NCBI RefSeq assembly: GCF_009914755.1
Contig: NC_060940.1
Length of the DNA stretch: 64,000 nucleotides
Source: the human T2T-CHM13v2.0 reference genome, Homo sapiens
Reading direction: 5' to 3' (one strand)
Shown here: in pieces, positions 37,359-48,832 of the stretch
How the letters are laid out: each line of letters begins with the position of its first letter
Position numbering within the stretch: the stretch's first letter is position 1
Notes under the pieces: model-generated
Told to the model about the DNA's origin: nothing
What the model saw: the letters and a program-made list of their open reading frames with translations, nothing else
Database searches by the model: none
Program-made: the position numbers and the translations under genes

Positions 37359-37375
37359 CTCATGAATATGCAAAT
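37359..37375 (+). promoter_or_regulatory. VH promoter heptamer (CTCATGA) plus octamer (ATGCAAAT)
   Basis: CTCATGA 37359-37365 and ATGCAAAT 37368-37375, about 105 bp upstream of the leader ATG. Confidence 0.9.
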
Positions 37376-37480
37376 AACCTGAGATCCACTGAGGTAAATT
37401 TGGATGTCTGTGCCCTGAGAGCATCACCCAACAACCACATCCCTCCTCTATAGAAGCCCCTGAGAACACAGCTCCTCACC

Positions 37481-37917
37481 ATGGACTGTACCTGGGGGAT
37501 CCGCTTCTTGGTGGCAGCTGCCACAGGTAAGGGGCTCCCAAGTACCAGTGATGAGGAGGGGATTGAGTTCAGTCAAGGGGGCTTTTATCAACTCCTCCAT
37601 TCTCCTCACAGGTGTCCATTCCCAGGTTCAGCTGTTGCAGCCTGGGGCTGAGGTGAAGAAGCCTGGGTCCTCAGTGAAGGTCTCCTGCCAGGCTTCCAGA
37701 TACACCTTCACCAAATACTTTACACGGTGGGTGTGACAAAGCCCTGGACAAGGGCATAGTGGATGGGATGAATCAACCCTTACAATGATAACACACACTA
37801 TGCACAGACGTTCTGGGGCAGAGTCACCATTACCAGTGACAGGTCCATGAGCACAGCCTACATGGAGCTGAGCAGCCTGAGATCTGAAGACATGGTCGTG
37901 TATTACTGTGTGAGAGA
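37481..37917 (+). pseudogene. IGHV1 orphon pseudogene (IGHV1-17-like, IGHV1/OR16 type)
   Basis: Leader exon 37481-37526 ([15 protein letters not shown]), GT-AG intron, V exon 37612-37917 [37 protein letters not shown]. Lesions: TGA at 37734, a 1-bp deletion near 37757, TGA at 37769. Ends YYCVR. Confidence 0.93.
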
Positions 37918-37956
37918 CACAGTGCAAAAACCCACATCCTGAGAGTGTCAGAAACC
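37918..37956 (+). other. 23-RSS (intact)
   Basis: CACAGTG, 23-nt spacer, TCAGAAACC (the VH1-type nonamer). Confidence 0.92.
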
Positions 37957-38214
37957 CCAGGAAGGAGACACCTGTGCTGACACAGAGGAGATGACAAAGA
38001 TTATTAGATTAAAGATTTGCTTAGAAAATGACATTAAGTCATTAAAGAAAAGGAACAATATTAATGTGTATTTGAGAAATTTTAATTATTTGAGAGATTT
38101 TTCATACAACATTTATTCTGTAAACAAATTTCAATGATTAGAGAATGAATCAAATTAATGAAACTAATATAGAACTTCCTCTGAAGGTATCTCTGTAAAC
38201 ATTAATTTCTTAAT

Positions 38215-40090
38215 CAGTGCTGTAAGTATTTTGGAATACAGACACAAAATCACATTTTAAGTCTGCATTTATATCTATTAAAAATGCCAAAAAAATTTCC
38301 TTTTGTGCGTGTAGCATTTTGAATTCCCACCATCAATGCACGATAGTTCTTGGTTTTCCACATTCATATTGCCATGTATCCTTATGAGAGTTGTGTGTTT
38401 TAACCAATCTAGTAGGTGAGTAATGGGATCTAATTTTTATTTAAATGCACATGTCCCTCAAAAAGTTCATATTTAACAATTTTCCAATAACTTTTGTTGA
38501 GATGCCTCTCCTGATATTTGGTTCATTTTAACTGCATTGCTTTGTTTTGATTCATTGTAAGTTTACTTGCATATTGTTTATAAAAGTCACTTAACAAATT
38601 AAAAGAATTCATTTAACAAATATGTGACTTGGAAGTATTTTTTCCAAGTCTGTGGCTGTCTTTACTCCCTTATCAGTGTGTATTGCAGAAACATACGTGT
38701 GTGTGTGCATGTGTCTGTGTGTGTATGTGTGTGTTTGTACAAATTTAGATTCAAAAACATGTAAAATTGTATTCATTCATAGATGATGTTTTTGGCATTA
38801 TATCTGAAGTCTCATTATAGAATACCAAATAGTGGTTATTTTTTCCATGTGTCTAAGCTCAGGCCACAATCAACTCATGAGTGTTTAAACTTCACCTACT
38901 TGATTGGAGGACTATTCACCTCAGATATTTGGAATACTTCTGTAAGGAGATGTGTTCGTCTTCCCAATATTTATTTTCATAATCATCTATTAATATGTGT
39001 ATTGGTTTATGAATATATATTTCATACTCTGAAGAAGATCCATGCTATATTACTCATTTTATCGTTCAAATCACCACAGCTTTATTAGGTCCTGGGAGCT
39101 CATTTAGTTTGGATCCTGTATCCTTACAGTGCACCTCATCCTTTTGTTTTTGAACACTTCCCTGTTTCCTTGTATTACAACAAATTCTAAGTTCATTTTC
39201 TGTATTACCTCTTTTGTACATAGAATTAGCCATTTCTCTAAAGCTTGCTTGTTTCTAACGTTAACGAATAGCAGTAAAATAAAAAAATTGTGATACCGTG
39301 TATAATTACTTCTAGGACCTCTCAACCTACTGGCCTAGCAGACGTGCATGTTTATATGAACCCATGTTTATGGACGCATCAAAACTACTTATGTACCTAA
39401 TCTTCTGTAACTTTATTATATTAAAAATGAGAACACACTGGTCTCCTGACCCAACTATGCTACCACGTGGACCTTTCTAGCCTTCCTTCCTTGACTGTCC
39501 ATAACCATCCACTTTAAAGTGAGGAATCCTATCCCACCAATTGCCTTATTATTACCTGGTTGCACAATTTTAGGACACATGCATAGCGGTATCAGAAATG
39601 TAAAGCTCATTGGAAATATGTTTATCTACTAGAATAGAGTGCTATGTGTAGTTTCTTTACATTTTAAACATACAGAATTTCCTCATTTTCAAAGTTAATT
39701 AGACTAGCAACTTCATTTTCTACTTTCTTCAGTGAAGTCATTTCAATTACACCGTATAATGTCATTTATTTGAAATTCGGTATAAACCAAAACTATAGTC
39801 AAGTAAACAGATAGAGGATATTCAAGGAATTTAGAGAATGAGTATTAAATAAGTAAAAATGGCACTGTTTAAGAATAGTAAAATTATTTTTAGTGCTATA
39901 AAATGGTTGAGACACGATGCAGTTAATTTGTCTAAGCTCATAATTGTGTGATGGAAAATATAAACCTAAATATATACAATTTTTGTAAAAAGTATTTAGC
40001 AGTTCATTAAACCCAGGATTAAATGCAGACTGTATAAAGTTATCTAATAACTTATTTGGTGAGGGTGGGGATATCATGAGATGCATGCAA
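38215..40090. mobile_element. Old L1M fragments (mainly antisense) with a GT-rich microsatellite at ~38697-38735
   Basis: Reverse L1 3'-end motifs (gcattttgaattcccaccatcaatg, tgtggctgtctttt). Confidence 0.5.
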
Positions 40091-40244
40091 AAAAGAATGA
40101 AGTAATTTTCCTCATTTGCATATAAGATGTTACCATTCACTAAAGACCTTTAATTTAAAAAAATCAATTTTCAACGTGACCCAGGTTTTTTCTTCCTGAC
40201 AAGCAAATAACCCAGATAATTCTTTTCTTTCCTTGGTTGATAAA

Positions 40245-40575
40245 GATTTTCCCCAAACTTCAGCTCAGTTCAGGCACACACTGTCCCTGAATGGGCATTT
40301 ACCCACAGATGGGTACACACACCTGTCAAGATGGGGACTCTTCCGTCAGACAAACACACCTTTACTCACGTGGATTCTTCCCTCAGACAAACACATATGT
40401 CCCCACATGGACTCTTTCCTCAGACCACCACGTATGTCCTTACATTTACTCTTTCCTCTGGTAATGACATTTCCTCATGTGGACTCTTGTCTCAGACAAA
40501 CATGTCTGCATGTGAACTCTTCACTCTGATAAGTACACATATTTCCACAGTGACTGTTCCCTGACACAAGCAGAT
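40245..40575. repeat. Degenerate ~35-38-bp tandem repeat, ~8-9 copies
   Basis: Recurrent cagacaaacac...cac(g/a)tggactctt(t/c)cct units. Confidence 0.7.
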
Positions 40576-41206
40576 ATATCCAATGTTGAACTGTTTTATG
40601 GGAAAATGATCTCAAGATAATAATTATAAAATCCCTCCCTGACAAGTTGTAGATCTGCATTTTTTTATTGTACCTTAACTTTGCCTTATTGTCAAGAACA
40701 GTAGTTTGTAGCTCTAAATGCACCGATTAGAGATTGGTGTCCGTTTTCTCTGGAAATATATTTTTAAGTTCTTACTGGATGTATTTTTTTGATAATGTTT
40801 GCTACTGTGAAGATACCTGAACAGGGTCCACACTAGAAAATAAAAAAGACTAATCAGCAGATTAACCCTGTGCATCCAGACCCACGAGTCCTTTGACCCT
40901 GCCCCCCTGAAATGGAGACACAGAGGACGGATGAGCAATGCTGAGCGGTGCACCCAAGACCACAAAAAGAAAGACAAGGAAATGTGTCCCCTCCCCTCCT
41001 CATGAAAGGCAGCTCATCCCCTGTTCCTTCAGGCCCTGGCGAGGAGCCAACCCATGTCTCTTCCCTTCCTCAGTGTCCACACCGTGGGGTCTGCACTGAT
41101 TTGGGCTTCCCTTCTCATCACCCTCAATATTAGTGTCCCTTGTGAATCAGGTCCAGGTGCGGCTGCTCCACATGGGGCCGTTCTTCCATTTCCTCAGTGT
41201 TTGCAG

Positions 41207-41553
41207 AAGTCCTGTGTGAAATTTATTGATGGAGTCAGAGGGGGAAAAATTGTACACCCAGTGGCTCACTGAGACTCTCATGCAAAGCCTCTGATTTCAC
41301 CTTTACTGGCTACAGCAATGAGCTTGGTCCAGCCAGCTTCACGACAGGGATTTGTGTAGGTGGAAACAGTGAGTGATCAAGTGGGAGTTCTCAGAGTTAC
41401 TCTCCATAAGCACAAATAAATTAACAGTCCCAAGTGACACCTTTTAATGTGCAGTCTACCTTAAAGGGACCAAACTGAAAGTCAAGGACAAGGCCTTGTA
41501 ATACTGTGAGAGACACAGGAGAGGGAATATCTGTGTGAGCCCCAACAGAAAAA
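41207..41553 (+). pseudogene. Highly diverged clan III VH pseudogene (IGHV(III)-16-1-like) with degenerate RSS
   Basis: Acceptor tgtttgcag; ctgagactctcatgcaaagcctctgatttcacctttactggctac (LRLSCKASDFTFTGY); many frameshifts; tactgtgagaga followed by CACAGGA at 41514. No recognisable leader. Confidence 0.8.
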
Positions 41554-41593
41554 TCTCTGCAGGAAGACAGGAGGGAGCTGCATGGTAGATGCT

Positions 41594-42025
41594 CCTCAGA
41601 ACCACCAGGGCGCCTTGAGGACAACCTGGGGGCACTCAGAACCACCAGGGTGTGCTTAGGACCATGGGGTGCTCAGGATATTAGGGGGTGCTCAGGATCA
41701 TGAGGGGGTGCTCATGACACCAGGGGGCACTCAGAATCACAAGGGAGCACTCAGGACACGAGGGTTTGCCCAGGACCACCAGCAGGCACTCAGGTCACCA
41801 GGGGGTGTTCAGGACCACCAGGGGGCGCTCAGGACACCAGGGGGCGCTCAGAACCACCAGGGGGTGCTCAGGACACCAAGGGGGGCGCTCAGGACACCTG
41901 GGGGCGCTCAGAAGCATCAGGGGTGCTCAGGATATCACAGTGCCCTCAGTACCACGAGGGGGCGCTCATGACACCAGGGGCACTCAGAACCACCAGGGGG
42001 TGCTCAGTACACGGGGGTTCTCAGG
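41594..42025 (+). repeat. ~20-bp tandem repeat (~21 units) built on the CTCF core motif
   Basis: Unit ~ caggac(c)accagggggcgct; CCACCAGGGGGCGC at 41815-41828, with close variants at 41834, 41854, 41952 and 41990. Confidence 0.9.
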
Positions 42026-42322
42026 AAGCAGCTCCAAATCAGGAGCCTGAGAAGCTGTGGTTTTCTTTTAAACCTTGGTGATTCCCGACCTGGTCAAGCA
42101 AAAGTCTTCCCCAGGATCTCTCACCATTTCTTCCTTGTAAATCCACGATTACTTTTACCTACAAAACATTAACTTAGAACAGGAATTTAATTCAATTTTT
42201 AATGCTGCATATTTTCCAAGTAATACTAGCAATGATCTCTCAGGACAATTTTTAAAATAGGTTATTTATATATTCTCTTGATTAAAAATAATACTATTAT
42301 TAAAATAGTAAAATTATAAAAA

Positions 42323-42592
<270 letters not shown>

Positions 42593-43786
42593 ATGTATAT
42601 CCTCAATATAAACTGTTTCAATGATTAGAGTTTTGTATTTTTGTGCTGTAATAGTCAAACAATTGTACATGTTTTTTAACATTAACTCAGCGTATACATG
42701 GTATTTTGTTTCTTTTTCTTTCATCTGCTGTTTTTGGAAATTAAACAAGACTTTAAATGCTCTTGTTCTCCATTTTGGTTGGCTTCAGGTGTCCTGTTTT
42801 TCAGACTGTTTCTCCATCTTCCCTTTTTCTTTGAAAGTATTTTACATTCCTCAGTCTCCATGAAGGAAAAAGAAAGTCACTTTACTTTCTGACCTCCAAG
42901 TCTGGTGAATCAGTTCCCTTGTCTTCATAATCACTGAAGCCAACCAAGTTTAGAGGATAATGGTTCTCCTTAGAATATGCTCATCTACCTGCAGACTCTG
43001 CCCTACTCACCCTTTTCCAGGGTCCTGCAGACCATCCCCTCATTTCCCTAAGTACCACAGAGTGGGCTCTGCAGCTCCTGCTGCCCTCTGTGTGTTCAGC
43101 CCTGGGGCTCACTATGTTTTGATGATGAAGTCCAAATCCCCATGTGCTTGGACCCTCTGAGACCACCCTCTAGGAAGATGCCATTGTGAGTGAGCCCTGA
43201 AAATCATGGGCTGTGTTCAGTTTCATTATCCTGGATGTTCTCTATCATAAAGGAATATTGACAAATAAATACTAGAGTTTGTATTGAATATTCATGCCAA
43301 AAAAGTTTTTTTAAAATTTTTCAAATGAAACAATTTTATCTTTCCTGGTTTGAAAACTACAATCTAAATTTAACAAATAATGTAATACAATGTTTGTCTT
43401 ATTAGTTATTCAATTTATTAAAAACAGACTGATATTTAAAGTTAATACCATTGCACATTTGAGTGACATATTTGGCAAGAACAGCATTTACATTCAGCTT
43501 TAACAAAACATGTATTTAAATATATTTGTCTTTTTAGTATTGGAATAGGCAGACATACACGTAGAAGAGCATTATTTTCTACTACAACCTCAAACTGCAA
43601 ACACAGTTTAAATTCAATTAAGTAATTAAAAAATATGAAACAAATAGGTGTGCTATTTTGGTGTTTAGATATACATTCACTTTTGCATGGGCATATGTAT
43701 GTGTCTTTGCTGGGCTGTTGTGTATGTATGTGTGTTTGTAGAACCATGAAGTTTTCAAATACATCATTAAATGACATATTAATCTT

Positions 43787-43955
43787 GGCCAGGCATGGTG
43801 GCTCAGGCCTGTAATCCCAGCACTTTGGGAGTCATAGGCAGGCAGATCACCTGAGGTCAAGGGTTCAAGACCAGCCTGGCCAACATGGTAAAACCCCGTC
43901 TCTACTAAAAATACAAAAAATAGCCAGGTATTGTGGCAAGTGCCTTTAGTCCCAG
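43787..43955 (+). mobile_element. AluS left arm and linker, truncated
   Basis: ggccaggcatggtggctca...aaaaatacaaaaaatagcc...agtcccag, then an abrupt switch to MaLR internal sequence. Confidence 0.88.
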
Positions 43956-44568
43956 TGTGACAGGGAAATGTGGGGTCAGAAATCCCACACAGAGTTTCTA
44001 CTGGTGTACCACCTAGTGGAGCTGTAAGAAGAAAGCCACTGCCCTCCAGAACCCAGAATGGTAGATCCACTGACAGCTTGCACCATATTTCTGGAAAAAC
44101 CACATACACTCAATGCCAGCTCGTGAAAGCAGCCAGGAGGGAGACTGTGCCCTGCAAAAGTTTTTTAAAACTTTTCATGTGAAAAGTTTTTAAAAAGTTC
44201 TGCCACAGGGGCAGAACTGCCCAAGACCATGGGAACCCACCTGTTACATCAGGTAACCTGGATTTGAGACATGGAGTCAAAGAAGATTATTCTGGAACAT
44301 GAAGATTTGACTGCCCAGCTGGATTTCAGACTTGCATGGGGCCTGTAGTTTGGACCAATTTCTCCATTTGGAATGGCTGTATTTACACAATGCCTGAACT
44401 CCTATTCTTTCTAGGAAGTAACTGACTTCGTTTTTATTTTACAGGCTCATATGGAAGAGACTTGCCTCATCTCAAATGAGACCTTGGACTGTGGACTTTT
44501 GAGTTAAGGCTCAAATGAGTTAAGACTTTGGCAGACTCTTGAACAGGCATGATTGGTTTTGAAATGCG
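43953..44568 (+). mobile_element. THE1/MST internal fragment
   Basis: gggaaatgtggggtcaga...cctagtggagctgt...cccagaatggtagatccactgacagcttgcacc...gcatgattggttttgaaatg. Confidence 0.88.
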
Positions 44569-44885
44569 ACAGCAATCATGACTCTAGAGGACCACATGTG
44601 AAATGCAACAAGCAGGAGCAGAAGACAAGTAATTCATGATTTCACTGTAGGGCATTAAAATGGTAGACTCACAGAAGCAGAATAGAATGTTGGTTACCAG
44701 GGGCTGGAGGGGTGGACTGGAAAAGGAGAGATTTTGGTCAAAGTGTAAAATGTTCCAGTTAGACAGAAGGAGTAAGTTGCAGTGTTCTAATGCACAAGAT
44801 GGAAAATATGGCTATGAATGCATTGTATATTTCAAAATGGCTAAAAATGTAAATGTTAAAATTTTTCCCACTAAGAAATTATACA

Positions 44886-45180
44886 GGTCGGGAGTGGGGG
44901 CTCACACCTCTAATCCCAGCACTTTTGGAGGCCGAGGTGGGTGGATCACAAGGTCAGGAGTTCAAGACCAGACTGGCCAAAATGGTGAAACCCTGTCTCC
45001 ACTAAAAACACAAAAGTTAGCCAGGCGTGGTGTTGGGCGCCTGTAATCCCAGCTACTTGGGAGGCTGAGGCAGGAGAATTGTTTGAACCTGGGAAGCAAA
45101 GGCTGCAGTGACCGAGATCGCACCACTGCACTCCAGCCTGGGCGACAGAGTGAGACTCAGTCTCAAAAAAAAAAAAAAAG
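44886..45180 (+). mobile_element. AluS inserted in an L1M 3'-end fragment (~44590-45258)
   Basis: Full Alu with TSD aagaaattataca / aagaaattacaca. Confidence 0.93.
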
Positions 45181-45284
45181 AAATTACACATTTATGAGGT
45201 GATGGATATATTAAATAGCTTGATTAACAATTCCATGATGTATACATGTATCATAGCACGTGTGAAGCGACCTACCTGTATGAA

Positions 45285-46890
45285 GGTGAGGTGACCTGGT
45301 CACGTGACAGTGAGGTGACCTGGGGGATGTGTAAGGTTACCTGGGGGTATGTGTGAGGTGAACTTGGGCTCATGTGAGGTGACCCAGGGTGCATGTGTGG
45401 TGGCCTGGGTGCGTGTGAGGTTACCTAGACATGCATGAGGTGACACGGGGAACTCATGAGGTGACTTGGGCATGTATGATGTGACCTAAGGCATGTGTGA
45501 GGTGACCTGGGGGACGTGTGAGGTGACCTGTGGGACGTGGGAGGTGACCTGGGGGATGCGTGAGGTGACCTGGGGGATGTGTGAGGTGACCTGTGGGAAT
45601 GTGTGAGGTGACCTGTGGGACGTGTGAGGTGACCTGTGGTTCGTGTAAGGTGATGTGGGGAATGTGTGAGGTGACCTGTGGGACGTGTGAGGTGACCTGT
45701 AGGACGTGTGAGGTGACCTGGGGGATGTGTGAGGTGACCTGGGGGACATGTGAGGTGACCTGTGGGACGTGTGAGGTGACGTGGCGGATGTGTGAGGTGA
45801 CGTGGGGAATGTGTGAGGTGACCTGGGGGACGTGTGAGGTGACGTGGGGAACGTGTGAGGTGACCTGGGGGACGTGTGAGGTGACCTGGGGGATGTGTGA
45901 GGTGACCTGTGGGACGTGTGAGGTGACCTGGGGAATGTGTGAGGTGACCTGGGGGATGTGTGAGGTGACCTGTAGGACGTGTGAGGTGACCTGGGGGATG
46001 TGTGAGGTGACCTGTGGGACGTGTGAGGTGACCTGGGGAATGTGTGAGGTGACCTGTGGCACGTGTGAGGTGACCTGTAGGACATGTGAGGTGACCTGGG
46101 GGATGTGTGAGGTGACCTGGGGGACGTGTGAGGTGACGTGGCGGATGTGTGAGGTGACGTGGGGAATGTGTGAGGTGACCTGGGGGACATGTGACGTGAC
46201 ATGGGGAATGTGTGAGGTGACCTGTGGGACATGTGAGGTGACCTGGGGAATGTGTGAGGTGATGTGGGTGCGTTTGAGATGACGTGGGGGATGTGTGAGC
46301 TTAGCAGGAGTGTGTGTGAGGTGACATGGGGAATATGTGAGGTGACCTGCCTGATGTGTGAGGTGACCTGAGCACATGTAAGGTCACCTAAGGCGCATCT
46401 GAGGTGACATGGGGGACGTGTGAGGTGACCTGGGGAACGTGTGAGGTGACCTGTGGGACATGTGAAGTGACCTGGGGAATGTGTGAGGTGACCTGTGGGA
46501 CATGTGAGGTGACCTGGGGAATGTGTGAGGTGATGTGGGTGCGTTTGAGGTGACGTGGGGGATGTGTGAGCTTAGCAGGAGTGTGTGTGAGGTAACATGG
46601 GGAATATGTGAGGTGACCTGCCTGATGTGTGAGGTGACCTGAGCACATGTGAGGTCACCTAAGGCGCATCTGAGGTGACATGGAGGATGTGCGAGGTGAC
46701 CTTGGGTGAGTGTGAGGTTACCTGTGGGATGTGTGAGGTGAATTGGGACTTGTGTGAGGTTACCTGGGAAATGTTTGAGGTGACCTGCGGGATGTGTAAG
46801 GTGACATTGGGGATGTGTGAGGTGACTCAGGGCACATGTGAGGTGACCTTGGGGATGTGCAAGGTCACACTGTGTGAGTGTGAGGTCATG
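45285..46890. repeat. 21-bp G-rich minisatellite (VNTR), roughly 75 copies
   Basis: Unit TGTGAGGTGACCTG(G/T)GGGA(T/C)G; homogeneous core ~45490-46260, degenerate edges. Confidence 0.97.
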
Positions 46891-47245
46891 TGGGATATTT
46901 CAAACTTTGTAAGGAAAGCCTGCAACAATATATGGCTCTAGAAGCTTCACACTCCAACACTGTTAATGCGCACATCCTCAAGGAACTCTAAATGTTTCCA
47001 GGTTAGCTTAAATGCCATGGAGTGACACCTGCCCCAGGTACACTCATATATGCATCCTGGGTCTCCCTATCAACCCCTATCCTCAAATTTTCAGTTCATG
47101 TTTGCTCCATGATATCAACTCTGATATGCTGAGGTTTTTTTTTTTTTATCTGTAGTTGTTCAGGTTTGCTGTTTCACTCTCATTACTCTGGGCTCAGTCC
47201 TCTCCTCAGGTGTCCCACTTCAGAGCTTGCTATGTAATAGGAGAC

Positions 47246-47253
47246 ATGCAAAT
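47246..47253 (+). promoter_or_regulatory. VH promoter octamer
   Basis: ATGCAAAT 120 bp upstream of the leader ATG. Confidence 0.9.
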
Positions 47254-47373
47254 AGGACCCTCCCTTTTCTGATGAAAAGCAGCCCAGCCCTGACCCTGCA
47301 GCCGTGGGAGAGAAGCCCCAGCCCTGGGATTCTCAGGTGTTTCTATTGGGTCAACAGCAATAAACAAATTACC

Positions 47374-47828
47374 ATGGAATTTGGGCTGAGCTGGGTCTTT
47401 CTTGCTGCTATTTTAAAAGGTAATTCATGGAGAACTAAGGATATTGAGTGTGAGGGGACATGAGTGACAGAACAGTGGCTATGTGTGGCAGTTTCTGACC
47501 AGGATGTCTCTGTGTTTGCAGGTGTGCAGTGTGAGGTGCAGCTGGTGGAGTCTGGGGGAGGCTTGGTCCAGCCTGGGGGGTCCCTGAGACTCTCCTGTGC
47601 AGCCTCTGGATTCACCTTCAGTAACAGTGACATGAACTGGGTCCTCTAGGCTCCAGGAAAGGGGCTGGAGTGGGTCTCGGGTATTAGTTGGAATGGCGGT
47701 AAGACGCACTATGTGGACTCCGTGAAGGGCCAATTTACCATCTCCAGAGACAATTCCAGCAAGTCCCTGTATCTGCAAAAGAACAGACAGAGAGCCAAGG
47801 ACATGGCCGTGTATTACTGTGTGAGAAA
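47374..47828 (+). pseudogene. IGHV3 orphon pseudogene (IGHV3-16-like, IGHV3/OR16 type)
   Basis: Leader 47374-47419 (MEFGLSWVFLAAILK) with intact GT. V exon 47522-47828 [65 protein letters not shown]...YYCVR. Single stop TAG at 47647. Confidence 0.95.
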
Positions 47829-47867
47829 TCCTGTGAGGGGACACAAGTGTGAGCCCAGACACAAACC
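47829..47867 (+). other. 23-RSS with defective heptamer
   Basis: TCCTGTG (lacks the essential CAC), 23 nt, ACACAAACC. Confidence 0.85.
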
Positions 47868-48832
47868 TCCTGCAGGAACGTTGGGGGAAATCACTGCAGG
47901 GGACGCTCAGGACCCATTCATCAGAGTCAACCCCAGAGCAGGTTCACATGGAGGCTGGGGTTTGTTTCCTGTCAGGATTTGGGACTTCCTCTGCTTCTGA
48001 CAGTTTCTCTAGGGAAACTCTTTAATTTTAAATTTCTGTGCCCACCAATGTCATCTCTACATATATTTTTATAATCATTGTAATATGAGGACTCATTCTC
48101 ACGTGCACAGTATGTACATTGCCACCTACCGGAATGAGAACTCCTCAACCATGGGCACCAGCATCAGAGTCGTGAGGAAGCTCAGGGGTGCCCGGTGAGT
48201 CTTCTCCAGTCAGACTCAGGACAGGAACTTCAATGGGATTCCCTGACTAGAATGGCTTTTAGGGATTTTGATTACAGCCAAGAGAGAGGCTGGACCAGGT
48301 TCAGTGTCATGTAGGACCTCACAGGTTTTATGTATGACATTTCTCCTGAAAATATTCAAATGAGTATCAGCACTGATCTGGTGCTTTCTGACTTTCATTT
48401 TTAGTGGTTCTCGCTTTTCCATTTGCTTTTCCTGCTTTCTGGAAAAAAGGATGTTGTCCCTGTGGTCTAAATCCTGGGACTCAAGCCCTTTCCCTGGAGC
48501 TTAGGTGGGGCTCAGGCTGTGACTCCTGCAGCCATTGGGAGAGGCTGCTGAGACTTTCTTCTCTCTCATTATTCAGGACACTCCACTCTGTTTTCTGGAG
48601 ACGCATCTGGGAATGCATGTGGCCATTAGGAATGAGGGCATAAGCTTCTTTGGTCAAAATGGGGTGAGGATGTGGAATTGATCCTGTGCTGTGTAAACTG
48701 TCACAGAGTCACCTTCTTCACCGGTAGTGTTAGAAGAGCCTGTAAAAGTTGTCGGAATCCAACTGGAGTCCCTTGTGTTCAAACCCTGACAAATGGAGCT
48801 GGGGAAGGCCATTTATGGAAGCTTCTCATGCA

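Noticed and set aside
40114-40121. Reverse octamer ATTTGCAT as another Ig promoter
   Set aside because: No leader or V exon at the expected distance on either side; an 8-mer is expected by chance in AT-rich DNA.
41669-42050. 100-aa and 94-aa ORFs
   Set aside because: Translations of the CTCF-motif tandem repeat.
45285-46890. True Ig class-switch region or pericentromeric CAGGG repeat
   Set aside because: Lacks the GAGCT/GGGGT pentamer structure and CAGGG units; no constant-region exons nearby.
45454-46941. Long repetitive ORFs (QVTSHVP, CEVTWGM, SPHTSPR repeats)
   Set aside because: Translations of a 21-bp VNTR; a unit length divisible by 3 keeps frames open on both strands.
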